Shown piece after piece: positions 50,400-59,701 of a stretch of DNA of 64,000 bases (positions within the stretch are counted from its first letter, which is position 1; each line of letters begins with the position of its first letter). The notes under the pieces were generated by a model that saw only the letters and a list, made by a program, of their open reading frames with translations, had not been told where the DNA came from and searched no databases. The DNA is from Planctomycetota bacterium. Its GTDB lineage: Bacteria > Planctomycetota > UBA8742 > UBA2392. A program made the position numbers and the translations under genes. The stretch spans positions 64,570-128,569 of the forward strand of contig JAJVIO010000019.1 in the NCBI GenBank assembly GCA_022071975.1. The letters run 5' to 3'.

Positions 50400-50924
50400 A
50401 TGCCGGGCCAGGGCTCGAATGAAAACCTGCTACCAGGCCCCGGCAGCACGTCGCACAGCGACGAGTTCCGGGTGTTGTTTGAGCGTTACCACGACGCCGT
50501 GTTCCGCCAGATTGCGCTGATGCTCGGGCGCGATTCGGCCGCCGCGGAGGACGTAGCCCAGGAAACCTGGTTGCGGATTTCGCGGAGCTTGAAAACTTTC
50601 GAGGGCCGCTCGGGCTTCTACGCGTGGGCCTGCCGCATCGCTTCCAATGAGGTGAAGCGCTGGTGGGGGCGCAACCGCAGGCCGACAAGCCTGGGCCCTG
50701 AGCCAAGTGAGGACCCCGGGGAAGGGCGCGAACGCGATGAACTGGTTCGCGAAGCCCTCAGGCGCATCCCCGAAGAGTTCCGGCAGCCGCTGCTGCTGGA
50801 CTTGTGGGAAGGACTGAGCGTCGCGGAGATCAGCAGGGCGTTGGGAGTGCCGGAAGGGACCGTGAAGTCCCGCCTGCACCGGGCGCGCGAGAAGTTCAGG
50901 CAGGCATGGCAGGAGTTGCAGTAG
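50400..50924 (+). CDS. ECF (sigma-70 group 4) RNA polymerase sigma factor
   Basis: Region 2 ..FERYHDAVFRQIALMLGRDSAAAEDVAQETWLRI... Region 4 ..LSVAEISRALGVPEGTVKSRLHRAREKF... Confidence 0.85.
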   Translation: MPGQGSNENLLPGPGSTSHSDEFRVLFERYHDAVFRQIALMLGRDSAAAEDVAQETWLRISRSLKTFEGRSGFYAWACRIASNEVKRWWGRNRRPTSLGPEPSEDPGEGRERDELVREALRRIPEEFRQPLLLDLWEGLSVAEISRALGVPEGTVKSRLHRAREKFRQAWQELQ

Positions 50925-50946
50925 GGGCGCAACCGCGCAGACAGAC

Positions 50947-51768
50947 ATGAACGACGATTTCGACAACCTGATCCGCAACGCAAAGCCGGCCGTGCCCGCA
51001 GGGGCCCGCGCCAGGGTGCTGGAGTACGTGGGGGCGCACGGTGCGGTCGCCTCCGCGCCGGCGCCCTGGCGTGTGTTCCTGCGCGCGGCAGCGCTGGTGC
51101 TGCTGGCGGTGTTTGCCGGCGTGGCCGCGGCCCTTGTCTCTCGGCCGGAGACTGCCCCGGCGGTTGATCCCGTTGCGCAGCTTGCCGCTGACGTGAAAGC
51201 ACTGGAAACGCAGGTGGCGGCTCTGGAGCGTGACTCTCTGTACGAGCAGCTGGCCGGTCTGCAGGCTGAGGTTGCGGCGCTGGAAAGTTCCCGTACCGAC
51301 AGCGCCACGGCCTTGGAGCAGGTGGTGATGGCACAACTCGAGGCCCGTGAATCGCGCGAACGCGAGGAATGGCGGCAGCGCCACATCGAGCACATGCGCC
51401 GCCATTACGCCGAAGAGCAGGAAGCCACCGTAGAGCGCTTGCGCCGCGATCTGAACCTGAGCGCCGAGCAGGAGAAAGCCGTGCGCGAGTTGCTGACTGA
51501 AACCGGCAAGCAGGCCGAGGAGCTGATCGGTGAGGTCTACACGGGCCGTCGCCACCGTCGCGACCCGCGCATGCACGACAAGTTCGCGGAGCTGGCGAAC
51601 GAAACGGAGAAGAAGCTGGCTGAGCTGCTGAACGAACAGCAGCGCGGGCGGATGGAAGGAACGGGGATCGTAAGTGCGGCCCCTGAGGACTGGGCGCCAA
51701 GGTCGGAATTCCGGGATGACACGGACCTCGACGTCTGGACAAACTGGATCAATGTAACGCGCGAGTAG
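50947..51768 (+). CDS. Putative anti-sigma factor / membrane-anchored coiled-coil protein with an LTXXQ-like motif
   Basis: Short cytoplasmic N-terminus, one TM helix (..AAALVLLAVFAGVAAALV..), and a coiled-coil periplasmic part with ..LNLSAEQEKAVRELL... Confidence 0.45.
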   Translation: MNDDFDNLIRNAKPAVPAGARARVLEYVGAHGAVASAPAPWRVFLRAAALVLLAVFAGVAAALVSRPETAPAVDPVAQLAADVKALETQVAALERDSLYEQLAGLQAEVAALESSRTDSATALEQVVMAQLEARESREREEWRQRHIEHMRRHYAEEQEATVERLRRDLNLSAEQEKAVRELLTETGKQAEELIGEVYTGRRHRRDPRMHDKFAELANETEKKLAELLNEQQRGRMEGTGIVSAAPEDWAPRSEFRDDTDLDVWTNWINVTRE

Positions 51769-51785
51769 CGCCCCAAGGAGAGAAG

Positions 51786-52619
51786 ATGAAATCAGCATGG
51801 TTGATTGCGGCGGTTCTGGCATCGGTGGTGGCAGGCGCGGGTGGCGGCTACGTGGCGGTGCAGTACGCCGGCCAACAGCCGGCCCCGGCCAAAGTGGAAG
51901 TGGCGGCGACGGACCTCGACAGCGGCACAGACCACAGCGCCGATCTGAAGCAGCAGTCGGATGAAATCAACAAGCTGCGCGCTGACCTTGGCACGCTGCT
52001 GGTGCGCGTGGAGAACGCCGAGAAGGCCGGCGCCGAGAACGCCGAACTGAAGAAACAGATCAGCGATCTGCAGACCCGGATCGAGGCCCTGAAGGCCTCG
52101 GGCGGCACAGTGACGTCCAACGATTCCGGCGGCGCCATGACACCCGCACCGGACACCAACACGCCGGAGTTTGAGGCGGCCGTGGCTGCTGCGATCGAGA
52201 AGCGTGAAGCAGCCCAGCGCGCCGAACGCGACGCCGAGCGCCAGAAGCAGATGGAGGAATGGGCCAACCAGCGCAACAAGGCGATCGTGGACAAACTCGC
52301 CACGGACCTGTCGCTGACCGAAGTGCAGAAGACGAACATCGAGACGATCCTGAAAGACCAGGACGCCAAGCGCGCCGAGGTGATGCAACGCGGTCGCGCC
52401 GCGCGCGACGCTGGTGAAGAGTTCGACTGGGGCACCGAAATGGGAGCCGTCAGCACAGCGGCCGTCGAGGCCGTGCGCGCCGAGCTTTCCTCGGCCCAGT
52501 TGACCACCTTCAACGAACTGCTGGGAGACAGCAACAGCCTTGACGCACTGGCGGGTCGCCAGGGCCGCTTCGGCCCGGGCGGTGGCCCCGGCGGCGGTCG
52601 CGGCGGACGCGGCAACTAG
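51786..52619 (+). CDS. Membrane-anchored coiled-coil protein with an LTXXQ (Spy/CpxP/metal-resistance-like) motif and a Gly/Arg tail
   Basis: Signal anchor MKSAWLIAAVLASVVAGAGGG.., ..LSLTEVQKTNIETIL.., C-terminus ..GPGGGPGGGRGGRGN. Confidence 0.45.
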   Translation: MKSAWLIAAVLASVVAGAGGGYVAVQYAGQQPAPAKVEVAATDLDSGTDHSADLKQQSDEINKLRADLGTLLVRVENAEKAGAENAELKKQISDLQTRIEALKASGGTVTSNDSGGAMTPAPDTNTPEFEAAVAAAIEKREAAQRAERDAERQKQMEEWANQRNKAIVDKLATDLSLTEVQKTNIETILKDQDAKRAEVMQRGRAARDAGEEFDWGTEMGAVSTAAVEAVRAELSSAQLTTFNELLGDSNSLDALAGRQGRFGPGGGPGGGRGGRGN

Positions 52620-52634
52620 ATTCACCAGCTCAAG

Positions 52635-52667
52635 CACGCCGGGGAATACTCCCCGGCGTGTTGCTTT
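52635..52667. terminator. Rho-independent (bidirectional) terminator
   Basis: Perfect 11-bp stem CACGCCGGGGA-atac-TCCCCGGCGTG followed by TTGCTTT, between convergent genes. Confidence 0.7.
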
Positions 52668-52678
52668 AACCGTTGAGA

Positions 52679-54019
52679 TCAGCCGCCGGCAGGAATCGGT
52701 ATCTGCATTTTGACCGCGTCCCACACCTTCCAGAGCGCCGAAATCACCGCCAGCAGAAACAGCGGCTGCATGATGAAGTTGTGCACCAGGATCTTGCGCT
52801 GGTACTTCCATGGCGCGGGGCGCGCGCGGCGGAAGCGCTGCATGGCCAGGTGCTCCTCGCGTGATCGCAGCTTGACGATGCTGACGGTCAGGTATACGCG
52901 CGCCACGTTGTAGAGCAGCAGCGCAACGGTCAGCGTGGCGTGGGTCCAGCCCAGCAGGCTGTCCATGCCGTAGAAGCCGAACAGCAGGATCTCCCAGACC
53001 GGGATCATCTCGTACTTCTGTTCTTCCAGGAACGGGATGTTCAGCGCCAGGCCGGAAAGGCCTGCAGCGCCGGCCGCCATGGCCATCTTGGTAACCAGCG
53101 GCGCGATGAACGCCAGCAGGAACATCAGGTGGAACGCGAGCAGCGTGCCCGAGTAGTTGTCGCGCAGCACCTCCCACTCGTTGTCAACGAAAGCGTTCTG
53201 CAAATCCACGCTGCTGCGGTCTTCGCACTGGTTGGCAATCACCTCGCTGTCCACGGTGATGCCCTCGAAGCTGACGTCTTTCAGCTTCAGCTCGCCCTGC
53301 ACCTCGGCGGCCCAACTGCCTGAGCGGCGGTCCTCAGCCTTGTGGCTTACGGAGGTTTCGGACCAGGCGGCCGCGCCGGCAGTGACGCGGCAATCCTGCA
53401 GGTCGGCGTTCCGAAGCGCCACGGACGCGAAGTTGCCCGTGATCACGCATTCGCGCACGGACACGCCGTTGAACGACAGGTGTCCGCCGCCGCCCTTGAA
53501 TTCAAGGTTGCGCAGCCTGGTGCGCGGGTTGGCAGCGCCGGACTCGACGCGGACGTCACCCGTGGCCGGAATCGTGATCAACTTCGCGGCCTGCATCGAC
53601 CAGCAGTCGCGAACCACCAGCACGCGAGCGTCCAGCGTTGCGTCTTCGATGACGCGGCATTCCTGTAACGTGACCTGCTCTGCCTGGATGCGGCAGTTGC
53701 GGATTTCGCCGCAGCCCTCGAACGCCAGCTCCAGCGCCAGCTCATCGGCGCAGCGGATCGTGACGTTGCTGAGGTTGACGTTGCGGAACGTGACGCGCCG
53801 CCCCTCGACCCGCGGGCCGACCAGGATGTCGCCGTCGCTGAGGCTGCCGTTGCGGATGCTGTAGAAGTGCGAGGTGATGTCGAGGTGGACTTCGCCCAGG
53901 GCGCGTTTTTCGCCCTTCAGGTCGATGACGCGCTCGGCCGCCACCGCCGCCACCGCCCCCAGGGCGTCAATGGGCGTGCGCGAGCCAAACCAGGATCGGG
54001 TCAGGGAAGTCATCGTCAC
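52679..54019 (-). CDS. Membrane protein with an N-terminal beta-helix/pentapeptide-like repeat region and C-terminal TM domain
   Basis: Repetitive ..NVNLSNVTIRCAD.., ..LRNADLQDCRVT.., ..LKDVSFEGITV.. segments, then about 4 TM helices. Confidence 0.5.
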   Translation of the reverse strand: MTMTSLTRSWFGSRTPIDALGAVAAVAAERVIDLKGEKRALGEVHLDITSHFYSIRNGSLSDGDILVGPRVEGRRVTFRNVNLSNVTIRCADELALELAFEGCGEIRNCRIQAEQVTLQECRVIEDATLDARVLVVRDCWSMQAAKLITIPATGDVRVESGAANPRTRLRNLEFKGGGGHLSFNGVSVRECVITGNFASVALRNADLQDCRVTAGAAAWSETSVSHKAEDRRSGSWAAEVQGELKLKDVSFEGITVDSEVIANQCEDRSSVDLQNAFVDNEWEVLRDNYSGTLLAFHLMFLLAFIAPLVTKMAMAAGAAGLSGLALNIPFLEEQKYEMIPVWEILLFGFYGMDSLLGWTHATLTVALLLYNVARVYLTVSIVKLRSREEHLAMQRFRRARPAPWKYQRKILVHNFIMQPLFLLAVISALWKVWDAVKMQIPIPAGG

Positions 54020-54038
54020 CTTTTACCCGGCGACCCGC

Positions 54039-54281
54039 CTAGCCGTAAATGTACTGGGTGCTGTCGGGCAGCCTGCCCACGGCCCAGTGGTTCCAGACCG
54101 CCTTGCAGGCGCACTGGTAGAAGGTGTTGGTTTCGTCGCCCGGGCAGGGCTCAAGCAGCTGCATGTCGCCGGTGCGGCGCTCGATGCTCATCACGCCAAC
54201 CACGCCGTCCTCCGGGCTGAACGAGTAATGCACAGCCGCGCCGTTCTCACTGCTCTTCCAGATGTAGATGTAGGTTGCCAC
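54039..54281 (-). CDS. Small hypothetical protein
   Basis: 80-aa ORF 19 nt upstream of 52679..54019 on the same strand, with a non-repetitive sequence. Confidence 0.4.
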   Translation of the reverse strand: MATYIYIWKSSENGAAVHYSFSPEDGVVGVMSIERRTGDMQLLEPCPGDETNTFYQCACKAVWNHWAVGRLPDSTQYIYG

Positions 54282-54317
54282 GTTGCCGTTCCGTCAGTCG
54301 GCAGGCATTCTTGGAGC

Positions 54318-55844
54318 ATGGAGCCCGAGGCGCAAGAGAAAGGACGACTGCTGCCCGCGATATTGGCGGCCTCGGCGCTGGTCGCGTTGCTGCTGGTGCT
54401 GGCGGCGGGCACTGGCGCCGGCCCGGGCATCAGTCCTGACGGCGTGGTCTACATCGACGCCGCCCGCCACTTCGCCGAGGGCGCAGGCCCGCTGGCCACG
54501 GATGCCCACGGCAACACGCGGCTGGTGACCACCTGGCCCCCGCTGTTCCCCGCCCTGATGGGCTTCGGCGCGTTGCTGGGTCTTGAGCCCGCGACCGCCG
54601 CACTGCTGCTGAACGCGTGGTCTCACGCGGCACTCGCGCTGCTGGTCGGCCTGCTGGCCTGGCGTTGCAGCGGCAACGGCAGAGCCGGCGCGATTGCCGC
54701 CTGGTTAGTGGCAGTGGCGCCCCGCGCCGTCAATTACGCAAGCTGGGTGCTGACCGAATCGCTGTTTTTGGCCCTCGCGACAGGGGCGCTGCTGGTGCTG
54801 GTCGGATGGCTGCGTGAAGGCGGTTGGCGTCGGCCGGTGGGGGCGGGGTTGCTGGTAGCGCTGGCCTGCATGCAGCGCTATGCCGGCTATGCCTGGCTTG
54901 TGGCGTTGCCGATGTGGCTTTTGCTGCAGCCCGGTCGGTCCATCCGCGAGAGATCGCGGGCGGCGGTCGTCTTCGCGGGCGTCGCACTGCCGCTGCCCCT
55001 GTTCTGGCGCGTGGTCATGTGGGTATTGCAGTCCAGGCTGGATTCGCGCAGTGGAACCGCCGCTCTGCCCACATGGCTGCACGTGAAGTCGCTGGGGCAC
55101 TCGCTTTCGACTTGGCTGATGCCTGAGACGTCACCCATGCTGTTGCGTGCGGCCGTGGCCGTGCTGGTCGCGGGCGCGATGTTGTGGGGCGCGGTGTACG
55201 TGGTGCGGCGCAGGGCGGATCCGATCCTGGCGCCGGGGATGTTGCTGCTGATCGTTGGTGGCTGCTACGCACTGCTGGTGGCGGTAACGGTCGTGTTCCT
55301 GGATCGCGCCCTGCAGCCTGAGCCGCGCATTGTGTTGCCCCTGTTGCCGCTGGCGCTGGTGGCGCTGGCCTGGGCGCTCAGCGCCCTGCGGGGGCGCCTT
55401 TGGTGGGCGGGATTCGTCCTGGTCGTTCTGCTGGGTACGGGTAGCCTGGTGCGCTCGGTCTGGCTGATCACGGAGCTGCGCGATGGACTAGGCTATTCGT
55501 CGCCCGAGTATCGCGAATCGCCAACACTGGAGGCGGCGCTGGAGCAGCCGGGGCCGCTGTACGCTTCCAACCCGCAGCCGCTGATCCTGCGCGGCGTGCC
55601 GGCCCGCGCGCTGCCGCTGGACGGCACGATCGAGTACCTGATGCCCCTGGGCGCGTCTCCCTGGGCTAACACGGCTGAAGCGCGCCGCGAGTTGCGCGAA
55701 AAGCTTGCCGAGGGCGGCTGCGTGGTGTGGCTCAAGCGCGACGGACCGGTCGATGAGCTTAAGGCCGAGCTCGACCTGGTAACACTGGCCGCCTACGACG
55801 ACGGCGAGCTGCTGGTTGGGCGTCAGGCGCAAGCGCGGAAGTAA
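54318..55844 (+). CDS. GT-C fold glycosyltransferase (ArnT/PMT, GT39/GT83-like)
   Basis: About 11 TM helices. The first loop is ..[19 protein letters not shown].. (the D-x-x-Y region typical of ArnT/PMT-like enzymes), with a soluble C-terminal domain. Start ATG 54318. Confidence 0.55.
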   Translation: MEPEAQEKGRLLPAILAASALVALLLVLAAGTGAGPGISPDGVVYIDAARHFAEGAGPLATDAHGNTRLVTTWPPLFPALMGFGALLGLEPATAALLLNAWSHAALALLVGLLAWRCSGNGRAGAIAAWLVAVAPRAVNYASWVLTESLFLALATGALLVLVGWLREGGWRRPVGAGLLVALACMQRYAGYAWLVALPMWLLLQPGRSIRERSRAAVVFAGVALPLPLFWRVVMWVLQSRLDSRSGTAALPTWLHVKSLGHSLSTWLMPETSPMLLRAAVAVLVAGAMLWGAVYVVRRRADPILAPGMLLLIVGGCYALLVAVTVVFLDRALQPEPRIVLPLLPLALVALAWALSALRGRLWWAGFVLVVLLGTGSLVRSVWLITELRDGLGYSSPEYRESPTLEAALEQPGPLYASNPQPLILRGVPARALPLDGTIEYLMPLGASPWANTAEARRELREKLAEGGCVVWLKRDGPVDELKAELDLVTLAAYDDGELLVGRQAQARK

Positions 55845-56752
55845 TCGATAGTGCGTTGCAGGCCGGCTTCCAAGGCGGTGCTCGGCTTAAAACCCAGTTC
55901 CGCGCCGGCGCGGGTGATGTCCGGGCAGCGGCGGCCGGGGTCGTCGGGCTGGGCGGGCCCGTCCACGATCGTGCTGCTGCTGCCTGTCAGGCGCAGGATG
56001 GTCTCGGCCAGCTCACGAATGCTGATCTCGTGCGGGTTGCCCAGGTTGAAAGGCTGGTGGCGCAACTTGCCCTGATAATCCATCAGCGACACCAGGCCGC
56101 CGATCAAGTCATCCACGTAGCAGAAGCTGCGGCTCTGGCGCCCGCCGCCGTACAGCCGCAAGGGCTCGCCGCGCAGGGCCGCCAGTATGAAGTTGCTGAC
56201 CACGCGGCCGTCATCGGGCGCCATGCGCGGGCCGTAGGTGTTGAAGATGCGGGCGATGCGCACGTCGATGCCGTGTTCGCGGTGGTATTCCATCATGAGG
56301 GTTTCGGCGATGCGCTTGCCTTCGTCGTAGCAGGCGCGCGGGCCGAGCTGGTTGACGTTGCCCAGGTAGTCCTCGCGCTGGGGCGAAAGCTGGGGGTCAC
56401 CGTACACCTCGCTGGTGCTGGCCAGCAGGATGCGCGCGCCGGTGCGTCGCGCCAGGCCCAGCATATTCATGGTGCCCAGCACGTTGGTCTTGACGGTACG
56501 CACCGGGTTGGACTGGTAGTGCACGGGGCTGGCCGGGCATGCCAGGTGATAGACCTGTTCGGCGTCCAGTTTGATGGGATTGATCAGGTCGTGTTCGATG
56601 AACTCGAAGTCGCCCTGCAGGCGCTCGATATTGGCGCGCGAGCCGGTGCTGAGGTTATCCAGGCACAGCACGTGATGGCCCGCCGCCAGCAGGCGCTCAC
56701 ACAAATGGCTGCCGAGAAACCCGGCGCCGCCGGTCACGAGAATGCTGGTCAT
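55823..56752 (-). CDS. UDP-glucuronate decarboxylase (UDP-xylose synthase)-like SDR
   Basis: ..[19 protein letters not shown].., ..LDNLSTG.., ..YDEGKR..E.. are extended-SDR motifs of the UXS/ArnA-C type. Confidence 0.8.
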   Translation of the reverse strand: MTSILVTGGAGFLGSHLCERLLAAGHHVLCLDNLSTGSRANIERLQGDFEFIEHDLINPIKLDAEQVYHLACPASPVHYQSNPVRTVKTNVLGTMNMLGLARRTGARILLASTSEVYGDPQLSPQREDYLGNVNQLGPRACYDEGKRIAETLMMEYHREHGIDVRIARIFNTYGPRMAPDDGRVVSNFILAALRGEPLRLYGGGRQSRSFCYVDDLIGGLVSLMDYQGKLRHQPFNLGNPHEISIRELAETILRLTGSSSTIVDGPAQPDDPGRRCPDITRAGAELGFKPSTALEAGLQRTIDYFRACA

Positions 56753-56755
56753 GGC

Positions 56756-57517
56756 CTAGTCCGCCAGGCCGCCGTCGGCGATGGTGTCCACCAGCAGCGC
56801 GGTTCCCAGTCCGCTGGCGGTGGTGCCCACGATGCGGGCGTAGATGCCCAAGGCGCGCTCCATGTCCTGCAACCAGGACTGGTCGAGGAACAGCACGTCG
56901 CCCGGGTGCAGCGGCAGGTCCACCTGGTTGCCGACCACGGCCTCGGCCAGGTCATAGCGGAATACTTTGCGGTCCTTGATCGACTTGATGTTGCGCACGA
57001 CGTACAGGTAAGGCGTCACGTCCAGGTCCGGCTCACCGGGGCCGCCTGCCAGCGCCACGGCCTCGATCACGCCCATGTTCTTGCGATACGGGATTACGCC
57101 GCCGTTGCCGCGTTGTCCGACGCCGTTGCGCTCGTTCACGCCGCCGAAGTTGCCGATGAACACAATCGGGTCCGGACCGTTCACCCGCTTCAAGTAGAGG
57201 GTCATGGTCGGGTTGACGTAGTAGCGGGTGAGCTTCGACTTCAGGGTTTCACGGGTCTGCTTGAGGGTCATGCCCATCACGTCGATTTCGCCGGCCCACT
57301 TGAAGGTGGCGCTGCCGTCGGGCAGCACGGTGGTTTCCCAGTCGTATTCTTCGTCTTCCGCGATTTCGACCTGCACCACGTCGCCGGGCGTCAGCGTGTA
57401 CACGTATGGGTCGGGCGGCAGTTCGGTCAGAGTCGAGACGTCGGTGTAGGTGTCGGGCGAATGACAAGCGCCCAGCAGCAGCGCGAACAGGCAGGCCAGT
57501 GTAAGTCGGAGCGTCAT
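56756..57517 (-). CDS. Polysaccharide export outer-membrane lipoprotein (Wza-like, Poly_export + SLBB)
   Basis: Lipobox ..LLLGAC. ..YTLTPGDVVQVEI.. (PES motif region). A C-terminal SLBB-like ..LHPGDVLFL... Confidence 0.75.
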   Translation of the reverse strand: MTLRLTLACLFALLLGACHSPDTYTDVSTLTELPPDPYVYTLTPGDVVQVEIAEDEEYDWETTVLPDGSATFKWAGEIDVMGMTLKQTRETLKSKLTRYYVNPTMTLYLKRVNGPDPIVFIGNFGGVNERNGVGQRGNGGVIPYRKNMGVIEAVALAGGPGEPDLDVTPYLYVVRNIKSIKDRKVFRYDLAEAVVGNQVDLPLHPGDVLFLDQSWLQDMERALGIYARIVGTTASGLGTALLVDTIADGGLAD

Positions 57518-59586
57518 ACGGTCCTCGCGGTGCGCATCTGGCGGCGGCGCAGCAGGCCGATGGCCACGCCGATGCCGACCACCAGGCCCAGGATCAGGCC
57601 CACGGCGATGCCGATCAGGGTTTCGCGCTCGATCTTGCGGGCGTCGGAGGCCGGGCTGACCAGCGCAAGCTCGCGGTCGGCGGAGGCTTTCACCACCGTG
57701 AGCTCTTCGATCACGATCTCGGTGCGGTCCTTTGCGCGCAGCAGGTCCTGTTCGTCGCGACGCAGGGCCTCGGAGGCGAGGTAGTCCTCTCGCAGACCCT
57801 CCAGCTCAGTTTCCAGTCTCGGAATCCGCTGGTCGAGGTACGCGACGCGATCCTGGGCGATGGTCATCCGTGAGCGCGCGCGCGCTACGCGATCTTCAGC
57901 CAGGGCGCGCACCGGGTTCAGCTTGCGCTCATCGAGGTCTTCCGGCGCGCCTTTTTCGAGTTCGCGGATTTCGGCCTTTACCAGCTCAATGTCCTCCTGG
58001 AGCTCGCGAATCTTCTCCTGGATCGGGTGATCGGGCCCGAAGTTGTTGCGCTTGCGAGCATGCTCATACAACTCGCGCTCCAGCTGCTCGAGGAAGCTGC
58101 GGCGCGCGGCTATGCGTTCGTTCTGCTGCGGCAACTCGTACTCGGGCAGACGCTGGGCGATGGTGGTTTGCGCGTCCAGTTCTTCACGCGAAGCGCCCAG
58201 TTCGATCTTTGCCTCCTGCAGGTCTTCCCTTGACTGCTGGATCTCCGCCACCAGCTGTCGGGTGCGTGACTCGATGTCCACACCGATCGCCTCTACGTCA
58301 CCGGTCGCGAACTCCTGCAGGCGCTTCTGGTACACTGCCTCCAGGTCCTGTTCGATCCGCTTGTTGCGCGTCTCATAGTCGGCCAGGTTCAGGGTCGCCT
58401 CGCGCGTCACGTGTTCATAATGCACGCGCCGGAACTCCTCGGCCGCGGCTCCGGCGATCGCCTGCGCAAGCTTGGCGTCAGTGTGGACGGCCTTGAACTC
58501 GATCAGGTAGGCCTCGCGGCTGGTCTCGTTGACGTTCACCGTCAGCGCTTTGGCCACGGCGTCCACCGTCACGGAATGCTTCTCAAGTTGTTCGAGCTTC
58601 GGGTTTTCGCCGGGGGCCCAGCCTGTTTCAGCAAGCCGATGGCTGATGCGCTGATGAAAGCTGTGAAGCTTGACCAGCTCAAGCACCGTTTTGGCGGGCA
58701 ACGACGGCACGTATTCGCTGGTTTCTCCGGTGATGGGCGCGCGCAGGCGCGATGTCGGCGTCTTCTGCAGCAGCGCGCTGCTCTCGAAGCGGTCGGAGCT
58801 TGCGGCCATGGCGAGGTAGCCGAAGGCCGCGAACACCAGCATGCTGAACAGCACCACGTGCCAGCTCGCTAGCGCGGCCCGACCCACGAGTTCGAAGATA
58901 TCCTGGCCGGCCCCGACGCCCGAGGCTTGGGTCTGGGGTGCGGGGGACACGCGCTCGCGCTCCTCCTGCTCAATCAGGATGCGCCCGATTACCGGGGATT
59001 CGCCTTGGGTTGCGGCAGTGCGGGCCGAGGGCTGCTCGGGTACGGCTTCAAGAGCCGGGCGGATGTTTGGTTTCCAGGGCCGGCGCGCCAGCAGGTCGCC
59101 AAGTGTGTAGGCGGAAGCGCGGTCGGTGGCGAACTCAAGCGGGCGATCCACGCTGTCGCGCCCGAGCTGGTTCAGTTCCGAGCCCAGGTACTCGACAAAG
59201 GCGTCGAGTTCTTCGCGCGTGTCGTGGCCGCGGTCGCCGGATTCAACCCGGCGGGCAAGTTCCCCGGCGCGGCCCAGCAGGGTCAACGCGGCAGCCACCA
59301 CGCCCAGCCTGGCGTAGTCATCGGATGAAAGGGCGTCAAGGATGGTGCTTGAGGCTTGCGAAGCCGCTGCGGTATCGCCGCTGCGCAGCAGCCGCCGCAC
59401 GACGTCAACGGATTCCAGCACCTCAAGGGTGCGCCCCTGTTTCTCGAACTCGCCGCGCAGGTGGTCGTCAACTGCACCCTCGGCGCCGGACAGCAGCTCC
59501 GAAATACGGCGACGCGCGCCGGAGTAATCCCCCCGGGCGGCCAGCTTGCGGACCTGCTCAATGACAGCCTGCATGTCTGACGCCAA
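57514..59586 (-). CDS. Wzz/GumC-type polysaccharide chain-length determinant with a ~230-aa N-terminal extension
   Basis: TM helix, a long periplasmic coiled coil, then a C-terminal TM helix (..LIGIAVGLILGLVVGIGVAIGLL..). No kinase Walker motifs seen. Confidence 0.65.
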   Translation of the reverse strand: MASDMQAVIEQVRKLAARGDYSGARRRISELLSGAEGAVDDHLRGEFEKQGRTLEVLESVDVVRRLLRSGDTAAASQASSTILDALSSDDYARLGVVAAALTLLGRAGELARRVESGDRGHDTREELDAFVEYLGSELNQLGRDSVDRPLEFATDRASAYTLGDLLARRPWKPNIRPALEAVPEQPSARTAATQGESPVIGRILIEQEERERVSPAPQTQASGVGAGQDIFELVGRAALASWHVVLFSMLVFAAFGYLAMAASSDRFESSALLQKTPTSRLRAPITGETSEYVPSLPAKTVLELVKLHSFHQRISHRLAETGWAPGENPKLEQLEKHSVTVDAVAKALTVNVNETSREAYLIEFKAVHTDAKLAQAIAGAAAEEFRRVHYEHVTREATLNLADYETRNKRIEQDLEAVYQKRLQEFATGDVEAIGVDIESRTRQLVAEIQQSREDLQEAKIELGASREELDAQTTIAQRLPEYELPQQNERIAARRSFLEQLERELYEHARKRNNFGPDHPIQEKIRELQEDIELVKAEIRELEKGAPEDLDERKLNPVRALAEDRVARARSRMTIAQDRVAYLDQRIPRLETELEGLREDYLASEALRRDEQDLLRAKDRTEIVIEELTVVKASADRELALVSPASDARKIERETLIGIAVGLILGLVVGIGVAIGLLRRRQMRTARTV

Positions 59587-59701
59587 TCAGTCTCCCCGCA
59601 TCCGGCGCCGCGGCGAAAGAAATCCTCGCCCCGAAGACGTCCGAATATCGTACCCTTTGTTAAGTATCGTCTTTCAAGGGCCCAGACTCAAGCGCAAGTC
59701 G

